Notes: generated by a model not told the origin, from the letters alone. Counted from the first letter of the stretch, positions 1-11,503 are shown. The stretch is DNA of 64,000 bases from Phycisphaerae bacterium (GCA_963666835.2 CAXXGO010000001.1:2016001-2080000); one strand, 5' to 3'. Numbers and translations: made by a program.

Positions 1-92
1 CCGGTTCGTCCCACCCAATGGAGCACGTGCCCGATACGGCGCGGTGTTCCTCTCGAAGAGTTGACGGTCATTTGGAAAGGGAAGACGACGTG

Positions 93-3000
93 ATGCACAA
101 CATTGTAAAGCACGGGGCGATCCTCGCCGTGGTGTTGGCGACCGGAAGCGTGGCTTGGGCGGAGAGCCACCTGATGCGCTACGCGGATGTTCACGAGGAC
201 CGGGTCGTGTTCACTTATGAGGGCGATCTGTGGTTGGCGTCCACCGAGGGGGGGGAGGCTCGCAGAATCACCAGCGACGCCGGCGATGAACTGTGGGCTA
301 AGTTCTCTCCGGACGGCAAGCGCATCGCCTTCTCGGCGGAGTATGACGGGGGGTATGACGTTTACGTCATGGATGCCCGCGGCGGCGTGCCGCAGAGATT
401 GACCTATCATCCGAGCCCGGACCTTGTCTTAGGGTGGTTCCCCGATGGCAAGAGCGTGCTGTTTCGTTCGCGTCGTGAGTTCTCGCCACGCGCCGAGAGG
501 ATCTACCGGGTGAGCGCAGATGGCGGAATGCCGGTCAAGCTGCCGGTGGATCGGGCCGGGCTGACGGCGCTGTCCCCCGACGGGAGCAAGATCGCCTACA
601 ACCGCATCTCGCGGGAAGCGGCGACATGGAAAAGGCACAAAGGCGGTACCGCCCAGGATATCTGGATGGGGAGCCTGGAGAAGGGCGACTTCGCCAGGAT
701 TACTGACTGGGAGGGTACCGACAACTTCCCGATGTGGCGTGGTGATGTCATCTACTTCAACTCCGACCGGGCTTACGGAACTCTGAATATCCACAAGTAC
801 GAGGTGAAAACCGGTAAGGTCACCGCACTGACCCACAACAAGGATTATGACGTCAAGAACCCGTCCATCGGGCCGAACCACATTGTCTATCAGTATGGCG
901 AGTCGCTGTACCTGCTCGACCTCAAGACGGAGAAGTCCCGGCGGATTCCCATCGAGATTGTCAGCGATCGAGTGCGGATGCGGCCGGAGTTCGTGGAAGT
1001 GGATCCCTCGATCGGTTCGTTCGGGCTGTCGCCGTCCGGCAAGCGGATGTTGCTGGAGGCCCGCGGGGAGATTCTGAACCTCCCCGTTGAGGACGGGGAG
1101 CCGGTCAACCTGACCGCGACTACGGCTACTCGTGAGAAGAACGCGGCGTGGTCGCCGGACGGGCGATGGGTCGCGTTCATCTCCGATAAGACCGGCGAGG
1201 AAGAGATCTACCTGGTGGATCAGAAGGCGGAAGAGCCGTGGCGCCAACTGACTACCGGAGGTTTCGGCTATCGCATGCAGTTGAGCTGGTCGCCGGACAG
1301 CAAGTGGCTGCTCTTCGCCGACAAGTTCCTGCGTCTGAACTTGGTCGATGCCGAGAGCGGCGAGATCACCGTTATCGACCAGGGCGAGTACGACGACGGC
1401 TGGGAGCGCTGGGGCATTCAGGACTACGTTTGGTCGCCCGACAGCAAATGGGTCGCGTACACGAAACTCGAACGCAGTATCAACGAGGCGATCTTCCTCT
1501 ACTCGCTTGCCGACCGAAAGGTACACCGGATAACCGACGAACTGACCGAGGATTTCAGCCCGTCCTTCGACCCTGAAGGACGCTATCTCTACTTCCTCTC
1601 GCATCGCGAGTTCTCGCCGGTTATGGGGTTCGTAGATCAGAACCACGTTTTCCTCGACATGTGCAAGCCGTACATCGTGCTATTAAAGGCCGGCGAGCCT
1701 TCACCGTTTTTGCCCGAAGACTCGGAAGAAGAGGTCAAAGCCGAAGAAGAGGATTCGCCGGCGGACGAGAAGGGCGATGACGCGAAGGCCGAAGAAGACG
1801 AGGACAAGAACGAGGATATTCAGATCGACCTTGATGGTATTGAGCGGCGGATTGTCGCCGCCAAGGGGGTCCCGGCCGGCAACTACTTCCGGTTGGAGGC
1901 CACGGCCAAGGGCTTCGTCTATCTCAAGAAGGACAAACACGAGTTCGAGAAGTACCAGAACGTCAACGATCACACTGGCGGGGCGTTGGACCTCTATAGC
2001 TATGATGTGAAGGAAGCTGAGACGAAGAAGGTCCTGGGCGGAATCGCGAACTATCACTTGTCCGCCGATGGGAAGAAGCTGGTGTATCGGTCCGGGAGCA
2101 GCTACGGGGTCGTCGACGCCGGCGCATCTGCCTCCGTGGGTGACGGGGAGGTGTCTCTGGCGGATGCGCGGATTCTGGTTGACCGCAACCTCGAGTACCT
2201 GCAGATCTTCAACGAAGCGTGGCGCGTGCAAAGGGACTGGTTCTACGATCCGAACATGCACGGTCTGGACTGGGAAGCCATCGGGGCGAAGTATCGCAAG
2301 TTCGTTCCGTATTGCGGCAACCGAAGCGATTTGAACTACCTGATCGGGGAGATGATCGGGGAACTCAACATCGGGCATACTTACGTCTGGGGTGGTGATG
2401 AGGCCGAAGACGGCAAGTACGTTCCGGTCGGATTACTCGGCGCCGAGTTTGAGGCCGTGTCGGGCGCGGGCTTCTACCGTATCGCCCACATCATTCCCGG
2501 TACGCCTTGGGATCCGCAGGAAAGGTCTCCGCTGGCCGAGCCGGGTTGTCCCATTACCGAGGGCGATTACCTGATTGCCATCGACGGGGCACAGGTTACG
2601 ACGTCTGACAACGTCTACGACTTCCTCCAGAACAAGGCCAACGCCGTGGTGACGGTGACGTACAACGAGCAGCCGTCAGCCGAGGGAGCCAAGCGGCATC
2701 GGGTCCGGACCATCGGTAACGAGTGGGCTATTAGGTATCGGGAGTGGGTCGAGAGTAACCGGGCTCGGGTCGAAAAAGCCAGCGCCGGGTTGATTGGTTA
2801 CCTGCACATTCCCGATATGGGGCGAGACGGCGTTATTGAATTCGCCCGGGCCTACTTCCCGCATCACTACAAGAGAGGTTTCATCATCGACGAACGGTAT
2901 AACGGCGGCGGGTTCACGTCGCACATGATCGTCGATCGCCTGGAAAGGGCGGTGTGGGGACTCACGCAGCCTCGCGAGGGCAAGGCCGTGCACGAGCCGG

Positions 3001-3392
3001 AGCGTACGTTCCACGGCCCGTGGGTTGTGCTGGTGAACGAAGACACCGCCTCATCAGGTGAGTGGTTCTGCGTTGAGATTCAGTCGCGCAAACTGGCTCC
3101 GATCATCGGAATGCGGACGTGGGGCGGGGTGATCGGCATCGAACCGCACCAGAGCCTGATAGACGGCGGGATGACCACGCCACCGCAGTTTGCGCCGTAT
3201 GGCTTGAACGGTGACTGGGTCGTGGAAGGGCACGGGATCGACCCGGACATCGAAGTGCAGAACACGCCGGGCGATGTGATCCGCGGCAAAGACGCGCAAC
3301 TCGAGCGGGGAGTCCAGTACATCCTCGATAGTCTCGCGCGGGATCCAATGGAGTTGCCCGGCACTCCGGCCTATCCCGACAAGAGTAAGTAG
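93..3392 (+). CDS. Tricorn protease homolog (S41 peptidase with PD40/beta-propellers and PDZ), signal peptide
   Basis: Repeated WSPDG/FSPDG propeller motifs, IIDERYNGGG, TASSGE, GMRTWGG and VEGHGIDPDIEV S41 motifs. Start moved from 18 to ATG 93 (MHNIVK), which precedes a hydrophobic signal peptide. Confidence 0.92.
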   Translation: MHNIVKHGAILAVVLATGSVAWAESHLMRYADVHEDRVVFTYEGDLWLASTEGGEARRITSDAGDELWAKFSPDGKRIAFSAEYDGGYDVYVMDARGGVPQRLTYHPSPDLVLGWFPDGKSVLFRSRREFSPRAERIYRVSADGGMPVKLPVDRAGLTALSPDGSKIAYNRISREAATWKRHKGGTAQDIWMGSLEKGDFARITDWEGTDNFPMWRGDVIYFNSDRAYGTLNIHKYEVKTGKVTALTHNKDYDVKNPSIGPNHIVYQYGESLYLLDLKTEKSRRIPIEIVSDRVRMRPEFVEVDPSIGSFGLSPSGKRMLLEARGEILNLPVEDGEPVNLTATTATREKNAAWSPDGRWVAFISDKTGEEEIYLVDQKAEEPWRQLTTGGFGYRMQLSWSPDSKWLLFADKFLRLNLVDAESGEITVIDQGEYDDGWERWGIQDYVWSPDSKWVAYTKLERSINEAIFLYSLADRKVHRITDELTEDFSPSFDPEGRYLYFLSHREFSPVMGFVDQNHVFLDMCKPYIVLLKAGEPSPFLPEDSEEEVKAEEEDSPADEKGDDAKAEEDEDKNEDIQIDLDGIERRIVAAKGVPAGNYFRLEATAKGFVYLKKDKHEFEKYQNVNDHTGGALDLYSYDVKEAETKKVLGGIANYHLSADGKKLVYRSGSSYGVVDAGASASVGDGEVSLADARILVDRNLEYLQIFNEAWRVQRDWFYDPNMHGLDWEAIGAKYRKFVPYCGNRSDLNYLIGEMIGELNIGHTYVWGGDEAEDGKYVPVGLLGAEFEAVSGAGFYRIAHIIPGTPWDPQERSPLAEPGCPITEGDYLIAIDGAQVTTSDNVYDFLQNKANAVVTVTYNEQPSAEGAKRHRVRTIGNEWAIRYREWVESNRARVEKASAGLIGYLHIPDMGRDGVIEFARAYFPHHYKRGFIIDERYNGGGFTSHMIVDRLERAVWGLTQPREGKAVHEPERTFHGPWVVLVNEDTASSGEWFCVEIQSRKLAPIIGMRTWGGVIGIEPHQSLIDGGMTTPPQFAPYGLNGDWVVEGHGIDPDIEVQNTPGDVIRGKDAQLERGVQYILDSLARDPMELPGTPAYPDKSK

Positions 3393-3406
3393 CGGACCAC
3401 GCGACC

Positions 3407-3447
3407 GCCGCCGAGCCGGCTTCGCGCCGGCTCGTCGGCTTCTTCTT
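3407..3447 (+). terminator. Intrinsic terminator after the tricorn gene
   Basis: Stem GCCGCCGAGCCGGC / GCCGGCTCGTCGGC with a 5-nt loop, followed by TTCTTCTT. Confidence 0.65.
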
Positions 3448-3548
3448 CAGGCTGAAAGCCTGCAATACAGTAGACGGGGGCAAGGCCGCGCAGCGGCCGC
3501 CGCCCCCGGGCGGGGGCCCGACAATCCCAATCACCCTGACAGGGTGAA
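3448..3548. repeat. Cluster of short palindromes (REP-like)
   Basis: CAGGCTGAAAGCCTG, GGGGGC...GGCCGC GCA GCGGCC...GCCCCC and CACCCTGACAGGGTG hairpins between convergent genes. Confidence 0.4.
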
Positions 3549-3659
3549 AGAAACGGCGTGGATGAACCACGCGCTTGTTTCGGTAGCCCGGCCTCTTTCA
3601 GAATGAAATGATGTAGTAGAACAACGAGAAACTGCCCTCCTGGTGTCGGCCGTTTGTCG

Positions 3660-5204
3660 TTATACGTTCATGTCCTTCCAGCGTTTTGCCAACTGGCCGT
3701 AGATCGCCAGAGCGATTGCGGCGAGAACGCCGATCACCGCAAACGGGATCCATACTCTTAGATTGGGATGGTAAGTATCCCAAAGCAACTGCGTACAGTA
3801 GACCCCATCTTGGCCGACGACCTCCTGGAGCTTGGCGAAAGCCTCGGTCCGTGGAATACCGACAAGCTCCTCCAGCGTTGAGATGGAACCGTCCCAGGGT
3901 CTCCGGTCGCCGAGGGCGGTCTTCTCTGCAAGGTACTTAAGCGCCAGCGTGGCCTTCTCGCCGTAGTGTCCATAGAGGAACCCGCCGACCCACGAACCGA
4001 CTCCGACCCCGAGGCCGATGGGGATATTGACATATCCCAAATACAGCCCCTTCTTGCCCGGTGGAGCGATCAACGCCAGGTACTCGTTCTTCTTAGGTCC
4101 GGTCAGCATTTCCCCCAGGGAGAAGAACACGATACCCAGCAGCAGGAACCAGGCGTTGCCGGTCATGCCCGCTACGACCACTCCGGTCGTCGCGATCATC
4201 ATCCCAAAGAACATCGCCGACAGAGTACGAAGTCCGGACGCCAACCAGGATACCGGGACCATGAACAAGACGATCAGCAGGGCATTGAGAGAGACCAACA
4301 CCTGCTGAGGGACCCGCACGCGCCCGGTGTCCCCAATCTCAGTCCAGGATTCAAAGGGCACGTGGGCGGCCACCATCGAGCTGTCCACCCAGTCTTCGAT
4401 GAAGTTGGGTTGCAGATCCCAAAGCTGATACATCATCAGCCAGAAACACGACATAATCAGTAGCCAGGTCGCCAATCGTGGTTCGACTACGTGTTTGAGA
4501 GCCCTTCCAAAAACCTGCAGAGGATTCTCCGATTTCGCATCTCCGGAAGGAACATCCTGGTATGTGAGCAACATAAAGTAATTCAGGGCGGTAAAACCCG
4601 CGCAACAGAGAAACAGGTTCTGCCACGTCGCTTCGCTGTGCGTTTTGGTGAGGATCAGCGGTGATATGTAGTGGCCAATCAACGAGCCGACGTTGACGAT
4701 CCAGTAGAAAACGCCCCAGCCGAGTGACGAGTTCTTCTTCGTAAGCTGGTGGCCCAGCGTTGCCTGCAACGCGGGCTTGAAGAAGGCGGTTCCCGTTGCG
4801 AGCATCAGAATACCCGCGAAGAAACCGTAGTAACTGTGCGTGTACGCCATCACCAGGTAGCCGGCGATGTTCATCGTAATGGAAAAGAAGAGAGTCCTCT
4901 TGTAACCGTAGCGGTCGGCGTACGCCCCGGTTACCATCGGCAGGAACGACTGGAACACCGCCCACCAGGCGTAGATCCAGCCCTTGTGGGCGGCCGTAAG
5001 GTGCAAACCTCCCGGCTCGGTGGCCTGCATGATGTAAATCGGGGCAACAACGCGCAGCGTGTAATACGCCAACCTCTCCCACATTTCGATCGTGTTGCAG
5101 AGCCAATAGGTCCCGTTCAGCCCCTTCGGCCGGTCCGGTGTGGTAGGGGGTGCGTCTGCGGTCGACGTGTCATTCATCTCGTCGGCGTTGTTCTGGGTAC
5201 TCAT
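3660..5204 (-). CDS. MFS transporter, POT/PTR-like peptide transporter
   Basis: EMWERLAYY matches the POT ExxERFxYY signature; GAYADRYG MFS motif; many TM helices. Confidence 0.85.
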   Translation of the reverse strand: MSTQNNADEMNDTSTADAPPTTPDRPKGLNGTYWLCNTIEMWERLAYYTLRVVAPIYIMQATEPGGLHLTAAHKGWIYAWWAVFQSFLPMVTGAYADRYGYKRTLFFSITMNIAGYLVMAYTHSYYGFFAGILMLATGTAFFKPALQATLGHQLTKKNSSLGWGVFYWIVNVGSLIGHYISPLILTKTHSEATWQNLFLCCAGFTALNYFMLLTYQDVPSGDAKSENPLQVFGRALKHVVEPRLATWLLIMSCFWLMMYQLWDLQPNFIEDWVDSSMVAAHVPFESWTEIGDTGRVRVPQQVLVSLNALLIVLFMVPVSWLASGLRTLSAMFFGMMIATTGVVVAGMTGNAWFLLLGIVFFSLGEMLTGPKKNEYLALIAPPGKKGLYLGYVNIPIGLGVGVGSWVGGFLYGHYGEKATLALKYLAEKTALGDRRPWDGSISTLEELVGIPRTEAFAKLQEVVGQDGVYCTQLLWDTYHPNLRVWIPFAVIGVLAAIALAIYGQLAKRWKDMNV

Positions 5205-5631
5205 GTTGTCTCCGGCGTTAGCGCGACCCTCGAAACGGATCTGGCACCCGCTCTCGAGCGCCGAAGGTGCGTTGTTTCATCCTCGGCTGTCGTGCCCCTA
5301 AAGAACAAGAGCCTTCCATCTTTATCCGCGGCCCCGCAGGACGAGACAGCGATTCCATGGGCGGAGGCTCCCGCATCCATGCGCCTCTTCGTCGATACGC
5401 GCAGTCTCGCGAAGGATGCGATGCCCGTCAACTCGACGGGACCATAGCCGCCCCCGATACGCGAAACGCGAAGTGGGTCTTGTGGCACGCGGTAAGTTGT
5501 CGTTGCAGCGGTGGGGGGCGGCAAAGGGCGAATTCCGTCGGTCTGCTGATTCCGCCGAGGCCGGAAGACCGATACGAAGACGGAGCGGCGGAATAGAAGA
5601 GAAGATCAGACGTCTATTCGGAGGACGTATC

Positions 5632-6741
5632 GTGCGCAGAACGGCTCAATACGCAGCAGTAGGTTCGGTGGGGCTGACGATTCTCGCGGGTTGCGTGGCT
5701 CCGCCGACGGTGGACGGAGCCGGTGATGACGGCGGGGACTACGTCGCTCGGAATCAGCCCGGGCTGCTCTACGTCTTGCAGCCGGAGGAGGTCTCCACGG
5801 ACGAACTGGTTGACGCCGCGTTCGGTTGGCTGGTTCTGGAACCGAGCCGCTCGGGTGATGCGGCCGGGGAGCTCACAGCGGCGGAGGTTGAGGCTCTGCG
5901 CACGACAGGACCGTGCGATGGTAAGACCGTGTTGGCGTACCTGAGCATCGGGGAGGCCGAGGGCTACCGCGATTACTGGGATCCTGCCTGGACGGAGGAG
6001 GGTGGCGAACCTGCCGCCGGGGCAGCCCCTTCCTGGCTCGGACCGGCGAATCCGGATTTCGGTGGTAACTACAAGGTCCGATACTGGGATTCTCAGTGGC
6101 AATCTACGATCCTGGGATCGCCGGACGGGATCACCGCGACGCCGCTCGATCGGATTATTGATGCCGGGTACGACGGGGTGTACCTCGATATCATTGATGC
6201 GTATGAGTTCTGGAGCAGTGCTGAAGGCGGAAACGAATTGACTCGCGCTGAGGCTCGCGAGGAGATGATCCGCTGGGTAGAGCGGATTGCGGAGTATGCC
6301 CGGACCGATCGCGGTGCTGCCGATTTTCTCGTCTTTCCGCAGAACGGCAGCGACATCATTCGCAACGACGCCGACGAGCTTGATACGCTCAGTGAATCGT
6401 ACTTCGATGCCATCGACGGCATCGGGATCGAGGACCTTTTCTACGACGAGACCGAGGCCCAGCTTCCGGAAGACACGGAGTATCGGCTCGAGCAGCTTGC
6501 GGAATACCGGGCTCGGGGCAAGACCGTACTCGTTACAGACTATGTACTGTCCGAGACCTGTGACCCGGACGACGACGGCGATCGAGTGGCGGATTTCTAC
6601 GAGAGAACCTTGGAGGCGGGATTCGTGCCTTATGCGGCTGTGGATGATCGCGATCTGGACGAGATTGTCGTTCTGTCGGGGACGGTCTGGCCGGTCAGCC
6701 AGCCACCCGTCGACTGCGTCGAATCGGCTCAGACCCGGTAA
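5632..6741 (+). CDS. Lipoprotein, GH114/PelA-like endo-alpha-1,4-polygalactosaminidase (TM1410/MJ1477 family)
   Basis: AYLSIGEAEGYRDYW and GYDGVYLDIIDAY motifs; lipobox LAGC; GGAGG at 5620 upstream of GTG 5632. Confidence 0.8.
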   Translation: MRRTAQYAAVGSVGLTILAGCVAPPTVDGAGDDGGDYVARNQPGLLYVLQPEEVSTDELVDAAFGWLVLEPSRSGDAAGELTAAEVEALRTTGPCDGKTVLAYLSIGEAEGYRDYWDPAWTEEGGEPAAGAAPSWLGPANPDFGGNYKVRYWDSQWQSTILGSPDGITATPLDRIIDAGYDGVYLDIIDAYEFWSSAEGGNELTRAEAREEMIRWVERIAEYARTDRGAADFLVFPQNGSDIIRNDADELDTLSESYFDAIDGIGIEDLFYDETEAQLPEDTEYRLEQLAEYRARGKTVLVTDYVLSETCDPDDDGDRVADFYERTLEAGFVPYAAVDDRDLDEIVVLSGTVWPVSQPPVDCVESAQTR

Positions 6742-6872
6742 TCGTAGTTCTCCGTCCGACCTATAACCGTTGCTGGTCAATGGTTGTCAGGACCGCTACT
6801 ATTGGCGTGACGAGGGGGCTATCCCCGCGACCTGGCAGGTACGAACACCGGGCATTATGGAACGGGAGTGCC

Positions 6873-7529
6873 ATGTCCCTGGGACATCGACTACGGTTTC
6901 TGAAAGGCTACTTGGGCGACCCGACGACGGTGGGGGCGGTCGCACCGAGTTCACCCGGGCTGGCCGGCGCTCTGTGCGAGCCGTTTAGCCGGCGGACAAA
7001 GCCTGCGCGCGTTTTGGAAGTGGGTGCGGGAACCGGGCCGATCACCCGCCGGCTCGGCAAGCTGATCGGCGACAAGGATGAGTTGGACGTTTGCGAGATC
7101 CAACCGGAGTTCGCCGAGATCCTGGACCGAGAGGTTCTGGGCGGTCCCGATTTCGCCGCCGCGGTGGCGGAGGGTCGTGTCCGACTGCTGTGCTGCCCGG
7201 TGCAGGAGATAGCGGCCGAGGAGCCGTACGATTTCATCATCTCCGGTCTGCCGTTGACGGCTTTCGAACTCCCGGACGTGAAAGATGTCTTTGCGGCCTT
7301 CCGCCGATGTCTCAAGCCGGACGGAGTGCTAAGTTACTTTGAGTACGTCGGCCTGCGGCGGCTTTCGTGTTCTCTTGGTGTCGGGGAACGCCGGGCTCGG
7401 GTACGGTCGGTTTCCGCGTTCTTGACTGATCAGATTCGCCGTCACCAGTTCGACCGGCGGAACGTGCTGATTAATATCCCACCGGCCCACGCTCGCCACT
7501 TTCGGTTCACGGAATCTGCATCCGTGTGA
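6873..7529 (+). CDS. SAM-dependent lipid N-methyltransferase (PmtA/OlsG-like)
   Basis: PTTVGAVAPSS, VLEVGAGTG, IISGLP and NIPPA motifs typical of this family. Confidence 0.75.
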   Translation: MSLGHRLRFLKGYLGDPTTVGAVAPSSPGLAGALCEPFSRRTKPARVLEVGAGTGPITRRLGKLIGDKDELDVCEIQPEFAEILDREVLGGPDFAAAVAEGRVRLLCCPVQEIAAEEPYDFIISGLPLTAFELPDVKDVFAAFRRCLKPDGVLSYFEYVGLRRLSCSLGVGERRARVRSVSAFLTDQIRRHQFDRRNVLINIPPAHARHFRFTESASV

Positions 7530-7722
7530 TTTCCTGAAGGGCATTGCCGTTTTGTGAAGTTTCCGTGTGTCCGCTTGAGCAACGCAGTCCTGTGGCTAAG
7601 GTCTGCGCCGGGGCTATACTGATACGCTCGCGGGCTCGGAAGGCGGCTGCGTTTGGCGGTTCGGGTCTTCGTTGATAGTCAGTCCCGCGGGTTCCGGGGA
7701 CAAACTGCGGGAGCTGATACTC

Positions 7723-8202
7723 TTGAGCGAAACACCCGACGTTATCATCTATACCGATGGAGCGTGCAGCGGGAACCCCGGGCCTGGGGGGTGGGCGGCT
7801 CTGCTGAAACACCCGGCCACCGAGACGATTAAGACCCTCAGCGGTGGCGAGCCCAACACGACCAACAACCGCATGGAGTTGATAGCCGTGATCCGTGGCT
7901 TCCAGGAACTGAAGTCCTCGAAACGCTGGCGCGTTCATGTGGTTAGTGATAGCACCTACGTCATCAACGGGTTGACCCAGTGGATTAGGGGCTGGATCGC
8001 TAACAACTGGCGGCGCGGTAAGAAGCCGGATTCACCGCCGGTCAAAAACGTCGACTTGTGGCAAGAGCTGCACGCTCTGGTCCAAAAGCACGATGCGACG
8101 TTTGAACACGTCCGGGGGCACTCGGGGCACCCGGAGAACGAAGAGTGTGATCGGCTGGCTACTGCTGCTATCAAACAGCTTCGCCAGTACGACAATAACT
8201 GA
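7723..8202 (+). CDS. rnhA: Ribonuclease HI
   Basis: IYTDGACSGNPGPGGWA, TTNNRMEL, SDSTYV, VKNVDLW and HVRGHSGHPENEECD motifs. Confidence 0.95.
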   Translation: MSETPDVIIYTDGACSGNPGPGGWAALLKHPATETIKTLSGGEPNTTNNRMELIAVIRGFQELKSSKRWRVHVVSDSTYVINGLTQWIRGWIANNWRRGKKPDSPPVKNVDLWQELHALVQKHDATFEHVRGHSGHPENEECDRLATAAIKQLRQYDNN

Positions 8203-8218
8203 CACGAAAGGGACACCA

Positions 8219-9781
8219 GTGAGTGTGCGCAGATTGATCATTACCGGAGTGCTGGTTGCGGTCGTTGGGACCTCCGCAGTGGGCGCGGAGAGCCCGCAGC
8301 AGTGGTTTCGAGAGGGCAAGGCCGCGGTCAACACGGCCAAGCTGCTCAGCCCGATCAACCATAAGGCCAAGAATGTCATCCTGTTTATCGGCGACGGGAT
8401 GGGTGTTTCCACGGTGACGGCGTCGCGAATCCTCGAAGGTCAACAACGTGGAATGTCCGGCGAAGAGAATCGGCTCAGCTTCGAGACGTTTCCCTATACG
8501 GCGTTGATCAAGACGTATGAAACGAATCTCCAGACGCCGGACTCGGCCGGCACCATGACGGCCATGATGACGGGCGTGAAGACCCAGGCCGGGGTGCTTT
8601 CTGTGAGTCAGAATGCAAAGCACGGCGATTATGCCTCGGCCGAAGACACGCGGTTGACGACGATTCTGGAGCTGGCGGAGCGCGCCGGACTCTCGACGGG
8701 CGTGATCAGTACTACTCGAGTAACTCACGCGACCCCCGCGGCGTGCTATGCCCACTCGCCGCATCGTGATTGGGAGAATGACGCGCTGTTGTCTTCCGAA
8801 GCCAGGAAGGCCGGTTTCCCCGACATCGCTCGACAGCTTGTCGAGTTCTCGATTGGGGACGGACTCGAAGTCGCTCTCGGCGGTGGAAGGCTGCACTTCC
8901 TCCCCTCGTCCGCGGCGGACCCGGAGGACTCCGGTCGCACCGGGGGACGCTCGGATGGCCGCGATCTCACTGCGGAATGGCTTAAGAAGCCGAATGCAGC
9001 GTACGTGTGGAATAAGAAGCAGTTTGATGCGGTCGACGCGAGCAAGACGGATCACCTGCTCGGGTTGTTTGACGTATCGCACATGGAGTTCGAGCACGAT
9101 CGCGCCGGCGACAGCGGCGGCGAGCCCTCGCTCAGCGCGATGACCGCCAAAGCGATCGACGTCCTCGCCCGCAACGAGAAGGGCTTCTTCCTGATGGTCG
9201 AGGGGGGGCGAATCGACCACGCCCACCATTTTGGGAATGCCTACCGGGCGCTTACCGACACGATTGAGCTCGCCCGGGCGGTGTCGATCGCAACACAGAA
9301 GACCAGCCGCGAAGAGACGTTGATTGTGGTAACGGCCGATCACAGCCACGTCTTCACGATGGCCGGCTATCCGCGGCGGGGGAACCCGATTCTCGGTAAG
9401 GTCAACAGTGTCTCCAAACCGCAGAACCTGGATCAGGACTTCACGTTTGACGCTCTTGATCTTCCCTATACGACACTCGGCTACGCAAATGGACCGGGGT
9501 ACACCGGAGCAGCCGCCGGACAGCCAGAAGGCCCCAAGCAGTTCCTCAATCGTGGAACCGGCTATCGCGGAATCACGAAGGGACGTCCGGATCTCAGTGA
9601 CGTCGATACTGAGGATCCGGACTACCTGCAGGAGTCGACCGTTCCCATGGCGCAGGATACGCACGGCGGAGAGGACGTACCGCTGTACGCCGACGGCCCC
9701 ATGGCCCATCTGTTCCACGGGGTCCTCGAGCAGAACGTGATCTTCCACGTCATGGGCGAGGCGCTCGGTCTGGCTGAGTGA
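8219..9781 (+). CDS. Alkaline phosphatase (secreted)
   Basis: KNVILFIGDGMG, PDSAGT (catalytic Ser), THATPA, EGGRIDHAHH, VTADHSH and THGGEDV motifs. Confidence 0.93.
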   Translation: MSVRRLIITGVLVAVVGTSAVGAESPQQWFREGKAAVNTAKLLSPINHKAKNVILFIGDGMGVSTVTASRILEGQQRGMSGEENRLSFETFPYTALIKTYETNLQTPDSAGTMTAMMTGVKTQAGVLSVSQNAKHGDYASAEDTRLTTILELAERAGLSTGVISTTRVTHATPAACYAHSPHRDWENDALLSSEARKAGFPDIARQLVEFSIGDGLEVALGGGRLHFLPSSAADPEDSGRTGGRSDGRDLTAEWLKKPNAAYVWNKKQFDAVDASKTDHLLGLFDVSHMEFEHDRAGDSGGEPSLSAMTAKAIDVLARNEKGFFLMVEGGRIDHAHHFGNAYRALTDTIELARAVSIATQKTSREETLIVVTADHSHVFTMAGYPRRGNPILGKVNSVSKPQNLDQDFTFDALDLPYTTLGYANGPGYTGAAAGQPEGPKQFLNRGTGYRGITKGRPDLSDVDTEDPDYLQESTVPMAQDTHGGEDVPLYADGPMAHLFHGVLEQNVIFHVMGEALGLAE

Positions 9782-9793
9782 CGAGGTCGGCGT

Positions 9794-11503
9794 CTATGCC
9801 GTAACCACGCTTGCTGCCTGCTCCAGATGGAATTCGCGGATGGCCATCTCGCGGATCTTGAACTTCTGGATCTTGCCGGTGACGGTCATGGGATACTCGT
9901 CGACGACCATCCAGTACCGCGGGACCTTGAAGTGGGCGATCTTGCCCTTGCACATCGCCCGGAGTTCTTCCGGGGTCGGCGTGCCTTGGGCCTTGTCCTT
10001 GTGGATCTTGACGCAGGCGAGCAGCTCTTCACCAAACTTCTCGTCCGGTACGCCGACCACATGGGCGTCGGCGATGACGTCCAGGGTGTGGAGGAACTCC
10101 TCGATTTCGCGGGGGTAGAGGTTCTCACCGCCGCGGATGACCATCTCCTTGATGCGCCCCGTGATCTTGACGTAGCCCTCCTCGTCCATTGTCCCCAGGT
10201 CGCCGGAGTGGAGCCAGTCACGCTGGTCGATGGTCTCCGATGTCGCGTCCGGGTTGTTGTCGTACCCGGACATCACCTGATAGCCGCGGAAACAGAGCTC
10301 CCCCGGAGTTCCGCGGGGGACGGTGCGGCCGGTGTGGGCATCGACGACCTTAATCTCCTGGTGGGGCATTACGCGGCCAACCGTGCTGACTCGACGCTCG
10401 ATCGGGTCGTCGGGGCGGGTGATCGTGGTGACGGGAGATGCCTCGGTCTGCCCGTAGCCGATCAGCACCTCTTTCATGTGCATCTCGTCCACGACCCGGC
10501 GCATCAGTTCGATTGGACAGGGAGCCCCCGCCATGATTCCGGTACGCAGAGTCGACAAGTCGAACGATTTGAATTCCGGGTGGTCCAGCTCTGCGATGAA
10601 CATCGTGGGAACGCCGTGCAGGACGGTGCAGCGTTCGTCCTGGACCGCCTTCAAAGTCAGCATCGGATCGAACGCCGGCGACGGAATGATGATCGTCGAC
10701 CCGTGCGTAATTGCTCCCAGATTACTGATCACCATCCCAAAACAATGATAGAACGGTACAGGAACGCATACGCGGTCAGCGGGCGTCAGCCCCATGACCT
10801 CCCCGATGAAGTAAGCGTTGTTCAGGATGTTGTTGTGTGTCAGCATCACGCCTTTGGGAAATCCAGTGGTGCCGGACGTGTACTGGATGTTGATGATGTC
10901 GTCGATGTCGAACTCCGCCTCGCGGGCGGTTAGCGTGGCGTCGTCCATCTCATCGCCCAGCTCGGCGAACGAGCGGCGGGTGAACATCCCCGGGTGCTTC
11001 TCCCGGCCGATGAAGACCACGCTTTTGAGGTGGGGGAACCGCCAGGAGTCGATCGCCCCGGCCTGGCAGGTTTTCGCCTCGGGGCAGACCTCGTAGAACA
11101 TGTCCAGATAGTTCGAGCTCTTGAACGCCTCAATCAGCAGAAGAACCCGAGCCCGGGACTCCTTCAGCACATACTCCAGCTCGTGCGTTCGGTACGCCGG
11201 GTTGATGTTGACCAGAACCGCCCCGATCTTGGCGGTGGCAAATTGGGCTACGACCCACTCGTAGTTGTTGATCGACCAGATGGCCACCCGATCGCCCCGA
11301 GTGATTCCCAGGCGCAGGAAGGCCTTCGCCGCCCGGTTCACTACCTGGATGAACTCGCGGTACGTGAATCGCTGATTCCGCGCGAGGGAAACCAGGGCAT
11401 CGTTGTCGGGATTGGCGGCGGCGACCCGATCCAGGCATTGACCAATCGTCTCGCCGAGGAGCGGCGTTTCAGAACCACAATGAGCATAGCTAGGCCGAGG
11501 CAT
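9794..11503 (-). CDS. AMP-binding acyl-CoA synthetase
   Basis: [22 protein letters not shown] and [13 protein letters not shown] adenylate-forming motifs. Confidence 0.93.
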   Translation of the reverse strand: MPRPSYAHCGSETPLLGETIGQCLDRVAAANPDNDALVSLARNQRFTYREFIQVVNRAAKAFLRLGITRGDRVAIWSINNYEWVVAQFATAKIGAVLVNINPAYRTHELEYVLKESRARVLLLIEAFKSSNYLDMFYEVCPEAKTCQAGAIDSWRFPHLKSVVFIGREKHPGMFTRRSFAELGDEMDDATLTAREAEFDIDDIINIQYTSGTTGFPKGVMLTHNNILNNAYFIGEVMGLTPADRVCVPVPFYHCFGMVISNLGAITHGSTIIIPSPAFDPMLTLKAVQDERCTVLHGVPTMFIAELDHPEFKSFDLSTLRTGIMAGAPCPIELMRRVVDEMHMKEVLIGYGQTEASPVTTITRPDDPIERRVSTVGRVMPHQEIKVVDAHTGRTVPRGTPGELCFRGYQVMSGYDNNPDATSETIDQRDWLHSGDLGTMDEEGYVKITGRIKEMVIRGGENLYPREIEEFLHTLDVIADAHVVGVPDEKFGEELLACVKIHKDKAQGTPTPEELRAMCKGKIAHFKVPRYWMVVDEYPMTVTGKIQKFKIREMAIREFHLEQAASVVTA

